This document shows, piece after piece, positions 35,937-50,498 of a stretch of DNA of 64,000 bases. This stretch comes from Saccostrea echinata (Eukaryota), in contig NW_026889758.1 in assembly GCF_033153115.1 (NCBI RefSeq), positions 43,896,001-43,960,000 on the forward strand, in the 5' to 3' direction. Under the pieces are notes generated by a model that saw nothing but the letters and a program-made list of their open reading frames with translations, was not told the origin of the DNA and searched no databases. The translations under genes were made by a program, and so were the position numbers. Position 1 is the stretch's first letter, and every line of letters begins with the position of its first letter.

Positions 35937-36166
35937 CAGGTGCGGATCCAGGAATTTTTTTTCAATTGGGGGGGGGGGGTGTCAAAAAATGTCCAATACA
36001 AATGAGAAAAAAAAACCATTTCATTCTGGTGATGGTGGGGTCCATGCTTTTGGGGGGGGGGGGGGCTAAAATCATTTCTTATTTGCTTCAGTATATACTT
36101 TTAATAACTCTGCAAATTCTGGGGATGGGGTGGGGGGACCCCCTCCCCCCTCTAGATCCGTGCATG
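35937..36166. mobile_element. Small G/C-run-rich MITE
   Basis: caggtgcggatccagg ... ctagatccgtgcatg imperfect TIRs. Confidence 0.5.
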
Positions 36167-37257
36167 TATTTCATTCATCCATGCTATAAATGTCAAACAA
36201 ATCTTTTCATACATTTTTAATTATCATCACAAAATGCTTTGGTGATTTTAGGACTTAATTTATTTCAAGATTTTAGAGACCTACCAGTAATATTATTTCA
36301 AATTTGACCTAATTTCACAAAAGACATGAGCAGCTTTGATAAAATTCATTTTATATTAAAACATAGGTACATGTAATTAAAGAATACAGAGCTCATCTCG
36401 ACAGATTATAAGTTATCTAGAAGTAATTTTTAAAGCAAAGACTTGTGCCATATGATTGTTCTCTGTAGATGCAACATCAATGCAAGTTTGTTTAGCTTTA
36501 CCTGCTTTGAAAACTTAACAGTTCAGTCATCCAGTAAACAAAGGTCAGATTCAGCATCCAAAGCAATTCTGTTATTGTGCATCTCTAGATTGTTCATTGT
36601 GGCAAATATTACTCAATCCTAGACATGTTTGAAAACAATACAATATGTCTGAAAACAATATCAAATCAACATGCTTCTGAATCCCACCCTGATTGATTTT
36701 CATTTCCTTTATATTGACATTCCACATCAATCGTTATATATCAAAATTATCAAATTTCCAAGGTTGATCTGCATGCACTTTCGTACATTGAGATCATCAA
36801 GTTCTCACAGATTAAATTTCAAGGTGCTGTACAAAAGCACACTGTCTAATTATAATTAAATTTATACAATGAATATATTTTGTTTCCTTTGGACTTGAGT
36901 AAGCCCTTCCATCTTTCACATTTCTGAAATCCATATTCAGTAGTTTGAAACTTATTTCTCCAAAACTAATCAATATATTGATTTTTTTTCTCCATTTCTC
37001 TCTGTAATGTGGTGCATTAGGATCAATTAGTCAAAAGTATTCAATTCTCTTGATTCAGTATTTGTATATCACATAATTTATACATCCAATCAAACAACTG
37101 GACAATGTAGAAGGCAAGAACACATACAACAATTAAAATAATTTTAAGTCAAACATTAAAATTTTTCATGAAAATAACATCTCTATGTTAATTTAAAAGC
37201 TGTTGTCTTGATCCAAAGAATAAAATATTTTGCATAACATTCAGTGAGACATAAAAG

Positions 37258-37781
37258 AACAAGATGTCAATACTTATGATTATCTGAGTCACACTTTGTA
37301 GCAATGGTGTTCTTGAGAAAAGATTTAAAAGATTTTTTTTCCCCATATTCACATAAATTTTTTTGACCCTATATTGTGGGACATCTAACCCCCTGGGGTC
37401 ATGATTTGAACACATTAAATGAATTAATCTGCACTACCTGAGGACTTCCATATAAATATAACTAATCATGGCTTTGCTATTTTTGAGAAGAAGATTTTTA
37501 AAGATTTTTCCTATGCATCCCTATGTACAACCCCCCCCCCCCATCAAATTTCCACTATTTCTTAATTATCTCCCTTGAAAAAGGCAAATCTGAATCCCTT
37601 TTACCCAAGGATTCTTTGAGGCAAATTTGGTTGAAATTGACCCAGTGGTTCTGTAGAAGATGTTGAAAATGTAAAAATTAAGTTATGGAACACAACATAC
37701 ATGACAGACAGACAAACAGTTGTTGAACAATACATCAATCAGAAAAACTCAGTTTAGCCTTTGGCTCATATAAGCTAATAA
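37258..37781 (-). mobile_element. Degenerate HINE-like element
   Basis: Decayed satellite-type monomers, GACA tract and ...ggctcatataagctaa terminus. Confidence 0.5.
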
Positions 37782-37961
37782 AAAGAATGTAATGAAATTA
37801 ATTTAAGAGCTAGTTAATATGCTATTTATAAATGTTCATAAGAAATTGCTTTATATGAAACTTTTATCACGATATTAACTAATTCTAGTAAATGCAGTAA
37901 CTTTACTAAATTACAGTTAAGCAATAACTTAAATAAATTGTAGTTATGCAATACACTATAT

Positions 37962-38090
37962 NNNNNNNNNNNNNNNNNNNNNNNNNNNNNNNNNNNNNNN
38001 NNNNNNNNNNNNNNNNNNNNNNNNNNNNNNNNNNNNNNNNNNNNNNNNNNNNNNNNNNNNNNNNNNNNNNNNNNNNNNNNNNNNNNNNNN
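37962..38090. other. Assembly gap
   Basis: Run of N. Confidence 1.
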
Positions 38091-38864
38091 TCTATGAATT
38101 CTTCATAGAAATAGCAGATGTCTGAATAATATAAAATGTTTATGTTCACAGCAGGTGTTGACAGTGACTGTCCCCAGTGATTTCAAATAGACTGAAATAC
38201 ATAAAATCTGTTGCCATTATAATTAATATGATCTTACCATTATAAGCCTGTGAACAAACTGTTGTAGAAAAAGAGCTGGGTTTCTCTTATTTTGAATAAA
38301 CAAAACAGAAGTTGATTAATTATGCAAAAGACAGGAGGGGGACAAGGGGGGGGGGGGTGATTTAGAGAGATGAGCTCCAAATCAAAGAAATTGTAACCAT
38401 TTTCTGTTGATTAAACACGTATTGATGACTGACAAATGCACCAACATTTAGGAAAATCATCACTCTAGGGGACAGAACCATGACAATGAAATAAATTAAA
38501 TGCTTTAGAGTCCAGAAATAGGTGATGAAGTGGGTGGGGGTATTTTTCCAAGGTGCGAGTTTCCATTCCTTGTAGAGTTTATGTATTTAGGTGCGGTACG
38601 TCTTTTTTAAACGTGGTTTTTCTTGACTGAAAGTGTCAGAATCTTTACTTTAACAACTTTTAAGTTTATTTAAAATAGATTAAAAATTTTATTAATTTAT
38701 TTTACATTTAACAATCAAGAAGACAAGCCCCTAAGGATTAAAGACTACAACCATTGGTGCTACACATCTGACAGTCTACACTGCATGACTACCTGTAGTT
38801 CACTTAAAGCTGACTCAGTCACTGGTATGAGAATCTCTGAATTATGATACAAATTATCTATGTA

Positions 38865-38867
<3 letters not shown>

Positions 38868-38937
<70 letters not shown>
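38868..38937. repeat. (TA)n microsatellite
   Basis: About 35 TA units. Confidence 0.98.
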
Positions 38938-38942
<5 letters not shown>

Positions 38943-39197
38943 CAATAGCACTGCATGCAAATTAAGCCATTCCCTTGCAACAAATTGAGTTAGTGACAAC
39001 TAAATTACTATGAACACACAACTGACAACTAGTGATTCCCTCACATCAGAGGGGCTTCAACAAGCTTGTTTTATTATACCTCTACTGATTTTTCACTATA
39101 TAAGTATAATTTGATATATTTTGCTGATTCCCTTAACATCACCATAAAAATTGCAATTCCCTGCAAAAAGGTGTGTCAGTTTCATGAACTGATACAC

Positions 39198-39819
39198 CAG
39201 TCCTACATAACAGAGAACCCTAGAGAACTCTAGAGAACCCTAGAGAACTCAACTTTATTTGGTGAATTCAATTAGATTTCATGCATAATTGAGTTGATTT
39301 TCACTTTTTAAATCATATTTTATGTATAAAATCAATAACTAGATCATTTTATGAATGATTTCCCCCGAAAATAGTTAAAAAAAGGTAACAAAATAGATGG
39401 TTAAATATTTTATGTCATCCTGATCCCAATTGAGTTTCAGAAACAGTGTATATTGAAAATAATGATTTTATCACATAATTTTACAATTCTCTCTCACATT
39501 AATTTTTATGTAATGTAATTTTTAAGTAGTTAATTTATTCTGGTGTAAAACAAATTAATAAAATTAATTTCTTATTATTTCTATCACAGAAGGTCAATGA
39601 TAAAGTCATCATGGATTAGTATTCGGTTGAAATTAGGCTTAAAACGTGGCAAAATGTTCTTTATTCAAATTTAACTTTGTTTCTGTGTAATATTTATTAT
39701 TGTGCGAGTTATTTAAAACATAAATATTTCATTTACAGATGATAAATAATTAAAAATCATTTGGGTTCTCTAGGGTTCTTTAGAGTTCTCTAGGGTTCTC
39801 TGTTTAGTAGTACCCACTG
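39198..39819. mobile_element. MITE with repeated 10-bp subterminal motifs
   Basis: Left cagt...(tagagaaccc/tagagaactc)x4 mirrored on the right by (gggttctcta)n...cactg. atacac flanks both sides (39192-39197, 39820-39825). Confidence 0.8.
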
Positions 39820-40137
39820 ATACACACCTATTTGGAACATCTAGCAATTTCTTTTAATCATGAAAATTTCTGATATGTTCCAAATAAATTCATGATTATT
39901 CAATAGCAGCTCAGTTAACTTAGCTACATATAAGGAGGTGGGGCCTAATATATATGGAAAATGAATAACTTGTCATTGTGACATCATCATAGTAAAATTT
40001 GACACATTCAGTGTGGATCAGGTTACTCTTTCACAGTAAAAAGTATATTATTATAAAGAATCTCCTTACAATTTTACCTTTGTTTCATATTAATAAAATT
40101 CTGTTTACTAAAAAAATTAAATTATATCAAAATTCAC

Positions 40138-40264
40138 TGAGGGAGTCAGCATGAATCCAGTTCCCCTGGAGCAAGCCTATATATTTACTTTGACTTCATG
40201 CACCTCTGTAAATGTAATAAAATAGGCTTGCTCTTAGGGAACTGGAATTTTGCGGATTCCCTCA
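40138..40264. repeat. 127-bp foldback (43-bp imperfect inverted arms)
   Basis: tgagggagtcagcatgaatccagttcccctggagcaagcctat vs ataggcttgctcttagggaactggaattttgcggattccctca. Confidence 0.8.
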
Positions 40265-40349
40265 ATAATATACTTAAACTGTATAGTGACACACAAGCGA
40301 CAGTAATTCCTTCACATCAAGAGACACAATAGGTTATAACATACAAGTG

Positions 40350-41125
40350 ACAGGGGATACAACTGGTTATAAGACACACCGAAAGTGATTTCCTTACATC
40401 AGAGGGGATACTACTGGTTATAACACATAACGAAAGTGATTTCCTTACATCAGAGGGGATACAACTGGTTATAAGACACAACGAAAGTGATTTCCTTACA
40501 TCAGAGGGGATACAACTAGTTATAAGACACAACGAGAGTGATTTCCTTACATCAGAGGGGATACAACTCGTTATAAGACACAACAAAAGTAATTTCCTTA
40601 CATCAGAGGGGATACAACTGGTTATGAGACACAACGAAAGTGATTTCCTTACATTAGAGGGGATACAAGTGGTTTTAAGACACAACGAAAGTGATTTCCG
40701 TACATCAGAGGGGATACTACTGGTTATAAGACACAACGAAAGTGATTTCCGTACATCAGAGGGAATACAACTGGTTATAAGACACAACGAAAGTGATTTC
40801 CTTACATCAGAGGGGATACAACTGGTTATAAGACACAACGAAAGTGATATTCTTACATCAGAGGGGATACAACTGGTTATAAGACACAACAAAAGTAATT
40901 TCCTTACATCAGATGGGATACAACTGGTTATAAGACACAATGAAAGTGATTTCCTTACATCAGAGGGGATACAACTGGTTATAAGACACAACAAAAGTGA
41001 TTTCCTTACATCAGAGGGGATACAACTGGTTATAAGACACAATGAAAGTGATTTCCTTACATCAGGGGGGATACAATTGGTTATAACACACAATGACTCA
41101 GTGATTCCCTCACATCATAGGGGAT
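40350..41125. repeat. 51-bp minisatellite, ~15 copies
   Basis: Unit gaaagtgatttccttacatcagaggggatacaactggttataagacacaac. Decayed relatives near 39010-39060, 40285-40345 and 41610-41930. Confidence 0.95.
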
Positions 41126-44103
41126 ACATAGAGGATATTCAATGTTTTGTAGTTGCATATGGAAATCTGGAAATCTGGAAATGTCCCACTTGTGAAATAA
41201 ATTCCATATCCAACTACAAAACATTGAATTTTCTGTTTATTACCGGGTACATTTTCTTTAACTTCCCTTTGCCTCTGTCTTTTCTGGACACATTTTCATA
41301 TAAGCTGTTGAGTGGTTGAGAAGTCATAGCTTAGCAATCATGCAATTGAAAACATTTTAACATGGATTTTAGCAACATATTTGGGAAGAAATTGGCAGTT
41401 TCAGTCTCTTGTATCAAGATGATTTAGTTACTATATGTCTATCTTGAGACTGGCCAGAAATTATCTTTTACTTACCGGTACTTTGATATTCTTTCACACT
41501 GTGACAGAATATCACTTTGGTATCCTTTCACACAGTGACAGAATATCACTTTTATTTAATAAATATATCACTGTTTTTCACTGTTGAAAATGTAATAAAA
41601 CTGTTTTTAACACACAATGACTAAGTGATTCCCTCACAACTGGTTGTACACATGCACAGTGACTAAGTGATTCCCTCACAACTGGTTGTACACATGCATG
41701 CACAGTGACTAAGTGATTCCCTCACAACTGGTTGTACACGCAGTGACTATATTGTGATTCACAACTGGTTGTACACACAGTGACTATTAAAGTGATTCCA
41801 TCACATCAGAGGTGCTACAACTGGTTGTAACACACAAGTGACAGTAATTTCTTTACTTCAAAGGGACATGACTGATTTTAACACACAAGTGACAGTGATT
41901 CTTTCACATCTGCAGAGGGGCTACAACTAGTGACAGGCTTCTTATCCAAACACACATTTATTGGTATGCACTATTGTCATACTAATCTCCTTATGTCTTG
42001 CAATGGGATAACAAATATCTGGTCATTTATCAATAGTAAAGACAATCCCTTTAGTATTAAAAAACAACCATAAATAGACTAAGGTTTACTTGATATAATG
42101 CATGTACTTGACATTATTCACTGGTACCTTACATAACATATGTACTCGACTATTACCCCCCTCAATACTTGCCCTGATAAGCTTAGTCCAGAAAAATCAA
42201 GAATTGGCATCTTTGTTTTTAATTTGTGCCCACAATACATTTACACTGTATTTACTGTATATACAATCCAATGAAAAGATAAACAAACGAATATAAAAAC
42301 ATATTGCAAAATTCAGAAGTGCATGGGCTATATATATCCAGAGAATCTCCTTTAAAAAGGATCATGGGATTTAAACTAAATATTGACTAAGGCTTTCAAG
42401 GTCACTTACTACTAATATGCCAGAGTTTGTAGGTATGAGAATTGGAATTAAATTCATTATGTCCTTTACTCTTAAGGGTTCTTCCCATATATATAATCAA
42501 GTGTACACATCGATCATGACGAGCACTCAACATCAAGTTATGATGCCACACTGGCAAAATATCGACATGAAATGTGACTAAAAAATACATTACAAATAGT
42601 TAGACACCACTAAGTGGATTTTTTTATAGATATAATGCCTAATTCAAAATTGTTGCATCAAATTCCTTCATATAATTATTTGCTCCAACTTTGATGTCGG
42701 CGATTATAAACTATCCACCTGTACATTAATATCTAGTGAAACAGGTAGTCATGTAATCCTAGTCTATAATCAGACTTCAGATGCCATCTACAGTAGGTAC
42801 ATGTAACTTAATACAATGTCATCTACAGTAGGTACATGTAACTTAATACAATAATTTTAGCATGCCTAGCAGATACTAGCAAAAAATGAAAAAAAAATTT
42901 ACTTCTCTGCTAATAAAATTTTTAGCACTTACCGGTATGTATAGCCATTTATTAGTACCAGTACTGTGATCTACATATACATCAATCAGATTTTGCATTT
43001 CTGGCAGTGTTGAAATATAGAAAATATAGATGCAACTGAGTCAAAATACTCATTAATGTTTTCTTAAAAAAAAAAAATTCATATAGCAAACATATAAACT
43101 CAATTTAAATTTTAATTATCAGGTAAACTTGGGAAATATAAAAAGAAACCATATATTTTAAAAGGGACTGAGTAACTTTAAATAAGAGAATTCCACTTTA
43201 TAGCAGAAAAAAAAACATGTCTCTGAAATGCTGTTCATCACCTGAGTACTCCAGCAATGTTGGTGATAATGGATACTGATAGCTGGTAATTGTCATGATA
43301 GACTGACAAGAATTCTTTAACCGAAAATACATCACTGGAAGTTTGATTAATAAATGTTTTGTAGTTCTCAATCATCTTATAATCATAATGGATGTGATTG
43401 TGTTGTATTTTATATTCAGTGTCTTCCCACTTGTTACAGGAGTAACTTTTCAGAATAGAAAACACACCAGTCTGTAAATCCATGGGGAGAACAGACATTT
43501 TGGAAGAATCTGATGTATAACCCTCATTCCCTAACCCTATGTTTTCAATATTTGTTTTAATTTATGGTAGTAAACAAGCCTTGTAAGTACTCATTGACAA
43601 GACCCTGAGATGAAAAGAAGCAGTTGATCAAGGATCTGTTAAAAGTCTTTAAAATAAGAAAAGACAATAACACATACTCTTAACTATCAAAAGCAAATGA
43701 ATTTTTTTTTTAAAAAGATACCCCCCTCCCATTTGAAAAATTTCTGAATGACTGTCCCTTATGCTACATGGAAATGAGGATATCATTTTTTGATTGATAC
43801 ATGAACACAAACTTTTTCATTAGTTGCCTGGTAACACAGAGATAAAATTAATTACTGCTTCAATCTTTTTTACTTTATCTGTATTTTAACAGAGAGTTCT
43901 TAAAGCAACACCAGGGCCAAGAGAAAATTTGGACAGTGCACAATTCATCCAAATGAATTTCTTTATGCAGTAACCTCTGGACCAATAGTCCTTTATGAAT
44001 TGCTTCTCACTGCAAACTACATGTATGTTCTCACAGCTGCAGCAAAAGTTCACCAGAAAATAAACTCATCTTGTTTCAACAGCTATTGCATGGTGATCAT
44101 AGA

Positions 44104-44728
44104 CAGTATTCTTAGGTCCTGGGAAGGCGCCATGCCATATGCGCATATTGTTGAAAAATGGCGCAATGAAGTAATGGTGCGCTGCGCCATGGGGTGCACC
44201 TCACAAAATGCGGACACACATGTTTAGCAAGTGTCAAGTAGTTTTTGATGGCTGACCACAGCCTTACGAAAGTCACACACATGGAAAATATTACATTGTA
44301 CCTTACAATGAAATACCTTATCAACGGAGTTTACATATCTTGGCCTGTCCCTTGATCTATAAATCTACATTTTTAAGAAAAAAGGGCTCTTTTGGTTTAC
44401 ATATATAATTCTTTTAAATACTTGCTGTGTTAAAATCTTTAGTTGACAAATGATTTATGAAGCTCTTAGAAACAGAAAAATCATTTCCACTTATCAGTGT
44501 CATAAGATTTGACATTTTGACAATTCCTATTGCATTTTTTTTTTTATATTTTCCTACATTTTGTTCTCAGAGATATATGCATTATCATATCATCATACTA
44601 TAATAATTTTAGAATGGCCCCAATATATTTCCCCTTCGCCCCTTAAATTTCAAAATGGCCAATCATTTTATAAAAAGTGGGGACAAATTGGCCCTTACCT
44701 GCATGTTGCTTGACCTTCCCAGGCACTG
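44104..44728. mobile_element. Degenerate TIR element
   Basis: cagt...cctgggaagg on the left versus ccttcccaggcactg on the right. Confidence 0.45.
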
Positions 44729-45488
44729 TATACTTAATGTTCTTTGTTAAGAATTTATACTTTGGAGTTGTGAATTAAGTCACAGTCTAGGCATTGAAGG
44801 GGGAAATCTAAGTTAAAAGTGAATATATAGGTACCCGCATCCAGTAAAAAATACACAATATTATGCTTTTGAACATCACACCATCAACATATTACTCAGT
44901 ACTCATAAAGATCAATAGAAAACATCTTAAAATGTGACTAACTAATCATATTGAGCTATAATATAAAAATTAAAAATATATTATATTTTTAATACAAGTC
45001 AAGGTAAATAGTTGAAACACATCACTGAGGGTGTTACACTGAATGTCTAGCTAATTCTACATGTATGTTGTTAGATACACACGTACATGCATATTAGATC
45101 ATGTATGCAACAAGACATTCTCGACATTTTAGGGAGCATTACTTAATTACTAACATATTTAAAAAGGAATATTGTTTACAGATATGACAATTACAAATTA
45201 AAACATGATGGTATTTTTGTCTATTATCAGTTGACTAAAGCCACATAAACATTTAATTGTTATTTATCTCAAGATTAGTAAATACTAGATATTATTGGAC
45301 AAATGACATATAACACAAATGATTCGAGAAAGATCGGAAATATTTGCACGATGACGAAATAAGATTTGGTCATTATATCACGATATACGCGATACCTAGC
45401 TGTTTACATTTTACATGTGATAAGAACAAATGACGTTGCAACGTCCCGAATATGGAACATCAAAACTACCTTTAAAAAATATACTCAC

Positions 45489-45690
45489 CGGCTCTAATCA
45501 GAACTTAAACTTATGCTGAAAAAAATGAGCAAAGACTCATCTCCTCTGATTCATAACTGGACAACATGTCTTGATTTGTTACGATTGATTGATCGGTACC
45601 CGATCGCTTGTACTAGCAACGCACACGGCGTGAATAAATGGAAAAAATTCATTGGTCCGTGTCCAAAAGCAAAAATGTTAACTCGTCCCG
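45489..45690 (-). promoter_or_regulatory. Candidate non-coding first exon/promoter of the UGCG-like gene
   Basis: Local CpG enrichment, minus-strand donor CG|GTGAGT at 45488 and minus-strand CCAAT near 45652. The UGCG ATG exon has an acceptor and needs an upstream exon. Confidence 0.35.
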
Positions 45691-45727
45691 TGAATGGAAG
45701 ATGTCTAATTAAAATTATGTAAATTAA

Positions 45728-46205
45728 GAACCCTCTATACACTGCGCATTAAAGAGTTCTGATTTGTGGTATTTTTATGCAGATAGAGTAATCTGTCCTT
45801 TGTTCTAGAATAAACTAAATTGAAATGTTTAGTGTATATCTTAATTTCTTATATTATTGTAATAATTTCATACTTGTCTTTTATGGGCTCTAAATTAGAA
45901 AATAAATGTTCTGTTCTGTTCTATAATTTGTGATCAAATCAAGCATTCATAACAGGCCATTATTAATAGGCCAAGATGGATAGATTGAACACTTCATTTG
46001 CAGGTATTTTGCCCACTTAAGTAACAACATTGATTTCTGTTCATCAGTACTTCATTGTATTTGAAAATTTTTCCTGGGGATAAATGCAAGGTACCTTATG
46101 TTGAAAATGTAAAAGATAAGCTCAATAGGGCCTAGCTATTACCTCTACATACTATATTTTTTTTTCAATGTCCAAAAAAACTTTTCTTAAGTGTATAGAG
46201 GGTCC
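45728..46205. mobile_element. TTAA-flanked MITE (Kolobok-like)
   Basis: TIR gaaccctctatacact / agtgtatagagggtcc, TTAA on both sides. Confidence 0.8.
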
Positions 46206-47038
46206 TTAAATAGATACACTGAACACATAACTTTTCTATTCATTCCAAAGATGAATTCTATGTTAGTGGAACGACAACAACAATATAACTGCAGTTACAG
46301 GCCCTGAGGTGATGGGAAGAGAGATTCGAGTCTCTCTTGTAAACAATTACAGTAGTGGAATTTGATTCTATATGTACAATAAAAATAAAAATGAATTAAA
46401 AAAATGTTTCCGAACCTAAATGTTCGTTGTCATGATCCTGAGATTATCCACAGTTTGTCATACCAGAATTTAGCAGTGGGGACTTTTGAATCGTCAATTC
46501 AATAAAATTTCAAAAGGGACTGAAACATTGACTTCACTTTTCTTTTATTTATATTTTTCAAAGATTTTTTTTAAACATTATATTTACCTTCAACATCTGC
46601 ATCCAGTTCTTTTACTCTTACAAATTGATACAGTACTATCTTATTTTAAACAGTTGTAAAACTGATGCATCATAAAAAGGTATTTGTATTAATAGTTAAA
46701 ATTTAAAATATTTTAAAGAAAGATAACTTTATTATGTTTTATGTGAATTTAATATATATGACACTAGATATTATTTTCATATGGCATATTTTTAATTTTA
46801 TGTTTTGATAATTTTTAAATAATTGCGCTTCTTATTCTCTGTTTTAAACTTTCTTTATATCATGGTCAGACATAAAAGTCTTTTCTGAAAAAAATAATAA
46901 GCAACGCTTAACACTTTATCTTGTTTTCCATTTGAAAACATTATTAAATAATTATTATTATTAATTATTAACTAATGCTATATAAATAATGTTGGGAAGT
47001 AAAAAAAAAAATGTGAGCAGAGGGTCATAACTCCTTAA

Positions 47039-48800
47039 GGTATGTCACTCGTCAGCCTTTAGAAAATTCCAGTCAGAACCTCTTACTTAAAAACTATTTA
47101 TTACAATTCAATCTTTATAACATATTTAAATTAAACAATATAAAATGTTCAACATTCAATTAAAAAACTGCTCAAAAATTCACAAAGAAACAAGATTTAT
47201 GAGGGACTATTTCTTGTGGCGGAAGGATATTTAGCAGAAAATTCTGCAAATCTACACATTTATTAAATTTAATATCTTGGAACTTTAGCCTCACATACTT
47301 TTACTCAGAGAATATTTTCCGTTTTGATATGCCTGGAATATTAAACATAGGCCTCAATATATATTTTTATAACAAAATTTACACCTTCGCTCAACAAAAA
47401 TTGCCAAGAAATGAAGATATATTAAGGAAGTCGAGATAAAATTTACACAGTTTTTTGCCTGAAAATCGCATATTTTGACCAATGTTTCAAAATTTATATC
47501 ACTGACCCCAACTTTTTCTTTCATTATTTTAAACTACTCGGTACTTTTGACCGATCAGCACTTAAGTCATAAAAAGTTTGATACAAGAAAATATTCTCAT
47601 GCCAAGAAAAGGTACGCATTCTAGTCTTAGAGCGAACTCAATAAAAGCGGAATTAGCGTTAATCTGTGAGTTTTCCCCAGGGAGATGTGTGCGAGGCAAT
47701 TAATGTCAGCAGTTTTGAGGGAAGGATCTTAAGTTTTACTGGTTTGAAATTAAAGCTAGAATACTTACTATTTGGAAGCCTTTGCACCTTTTTTCCTGTT
47801 GTTTTTTTTAAAGGGGGGGGGCGATTTTCCATGCAAATCATATGCGGTTAAAAAAGTAAAAAAAAAAAAAAAGAAGAAAAAGAAAGTGAAATAAATTGTA
47901 GTGAACTAAAAAATTGTTCAGTAAAAATTAGACGCCTTTCAAATTTTTCAGTGTTTATATATCAAAATATTTTTTTCCTAGTATAAATTAACATCGGGCA
48001 CGATGAACTTGGTTGTTGTGGAAGTCTCGCGCCTTATTAAGGTATCATACCGGTAATTGACCAATGAAAATGAACTTTGTCAATTGTAGTTCCATACATA
48101 TAAAATTATTATTTTTTCCTTTTGAATTTTTTTTTAAATTTCCTTCCAGTCTATTTTTACAATTTTGGTACCTGTGTCTAGTGCATTTTACATATTTTGT
48201 AAATAAATAAAGGTTTTTGACAGGAACTATTTTTTTTCAGGGCATAGGAGGCTACTTCCTGGGGTAGAAGTTTATTTTTCTTTGACTAAGAAAACGGAAA
48301 ACTTAGGATCCACCCCCTCAAATCTGCTGCCGTTAATTGTCTCGCCAGCGTTAGGGGAATATGGGTGATTTGCATCAATTACACTTTTATTGACTCCATC
48401 GCTGTGGAAAAATGGACGGGATTTCTTGGCATGATTGCCTGTTTAGATTTTCAATACCCAAATATGAGACTTTTTTAGTGCAAAAAGGTCACACAATAAT
48501 TTACGCGCATTAATTTGCATGATTTGTTCAATGATAAATATTATTCAAACTATTTTACGTAAAATAAGATTATGTTTATTGCCATGGTTACATCTTATAA
48601 AATATGATAACGGTTAAAGTGATTAACCAAAGAGTTACAATTTAAGTGAAAAAAGGTCAACTTTATTGTACCGTAGCTCAGTTAGATGCACACTGACCCC
48701 CCCATTTTCTCTGCGATTTTGAGTCATACTATATGAGTACTTATCCAAAATATACTTCTAAAAAAATCCTTGATATAACAAATTTCACGAGTGACATACC
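47039..48800. mobile_element. TTAA-flanked non-autonomous DNA transposon (Kolobok-like)
   Basis: Perfect 14-bp TIR ggtatgtcactcgt / acgagtgacatacc, TTAA at 47035-47038 and 48801-48804. Confidence 0.85.
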
Positions 48801-50435
48801 TTAACATGATGAGAATGCTTGAATTGATTACAAATTGAGTAAAACACTGTAGATTTCAATTTCTTTTATTTTAGTTCTAGGGGCAAATTACTCTTTAGTG
48901 TGCAGTGTAGAAAGGTTTCTTAAGTTCTTTAGCTTTCTTCGTTGAAAACTTCTTAACAAAGAGTCATAGAAAAATGAAAGCGTTTCTTCGGATGTCATTA
49001 ATGGCATTCATTTCTTTGAATATGAGTCAAATATTTCCTGCAGGAATTCTTCATTTTCATGCTATCAGTCTGGAGAAATAGCGATTTTCGTTATAAAATA
49101 GGATTGCACGTTTTCGGTTTTTCTTCTTAAAATACATGTTTGGAATTAAATATATGTGCTAGTTACACTTAAATCAACCAACACAAATGCTTATTTATAA
49201 TCCTACTTATTATTTCAGGATATTCAGTCCCGAATCGACCTTCCTTGTTTTTCTAAAAATTTACCTCTAATTACAGTCTCTTCACTGTAATTCTTATCCA
49301 TTTTATAGGCTCTGAACTGATCATCTTAATTCGTTTAAAACATAAAACAACTGATTCAAATAGGAAAGTTTATCAGAAAATCGGCAGTTTTATTTTACTT
49401 ACATCAATCCCGTCTCTCAGTTTTAACTATTTTCTACTCGGTACCACAAACAAACATGTCCACCGCATACCCGATGTTTATTCCTCCTAGAAAAAAGGAG
49501 CATTTGTTGTATTTTATATACTTTCTTGGCTTTTCTTCCTTTTTTTTCATCTCAAATGATATGGAAACAATCTAGAAGATTGGAAAGGTCTCTAATTGCT
49601 CTGTGAAAAAATACTCTGCTCGTTTGCCATTATTTATTCGTTTTTTTTTTTTTTTTTTTTTTTTTTGTTTTTTTTCTTTTTATTTTTAATCTCTTTTTAA
49701 TATAGGATTTTTTCCCAAGGCAGCTGTCATTAATAATTTGCCCATCACCACGCTTATGGGAATATCATTAAACTTTGATTTAGTTCTGCCCAAATCCAGA
49801 CCGGAGAAAAGGAGCAGAAATTCTTGGCATGTTCTCCAATTAAGAGTTATGGGGAACTTAGCACTAAAGTCGTGTCAGGGTCATATATCTTTGGAGCCCT
49901 TTATACTTGAATTAAAAAAAAATGTGTATGCTGATCATCAGTGACCTAGACTGTGTCACTGATCTTGATTCGAGGAGATATCTCAGACATCAAATTAAAC
50001 TACTGTAGGTTAGTGCACAGGCGATGTAGAGGCGGTTTAGAAAAAGTTTTCATTTGTATATGTTTTGAAGTGTTCAGGTCTAACTCAGTATTATATACCT
50101 TCACATGATAACTGTTTTATGATACGTGGACTTTTTTCTATTATTTTGCTTAATTTCTGCAGCCTATAAATCACCCAGCTGTCATTCGGCGTAAATAAAG
50201 CATTTAATTTTATAATTTAAATTACTCTCCGGCATATTGTCTTTTTATGACTACTTTGCAAGAATATTGCTATGCGAATCGAAAATTTCTCGTACGATCA
50301 CTGAAGCCGGAAGAAGAAAATGGCGGCGCCAAATTTTGAAGGTGTCTCAGGGACGGGTGAGATTCACTCCGGAACTAAAAGTACGCATGCGCAAAATTCT
50401 AAACCTCAAACCCGATCATAATTACCCAAGTCAAC

Positions 50436-50498
50436 ATGGCGGCGTCCATGAATAGAAGAAAGCTCAATCAATCAATGTGCGCTCTTCTTAAACTGATC
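50436..50498 (+). other. Candidate first exon inside the MULE-like element
   Basis: caacATGGCGGCG start context (YY1-like), 21 codons MAASMNRRKLNQSMCALLKLI, then GTAAGT donor. Confidence 0.45.

Noticed and set aside
40317-41319. Annotating the 258-aa and 231-aa repeat ORFs as genes
   Set aside because: Openness is explained by a stop-free 51-bp unit; no splice or start context support.
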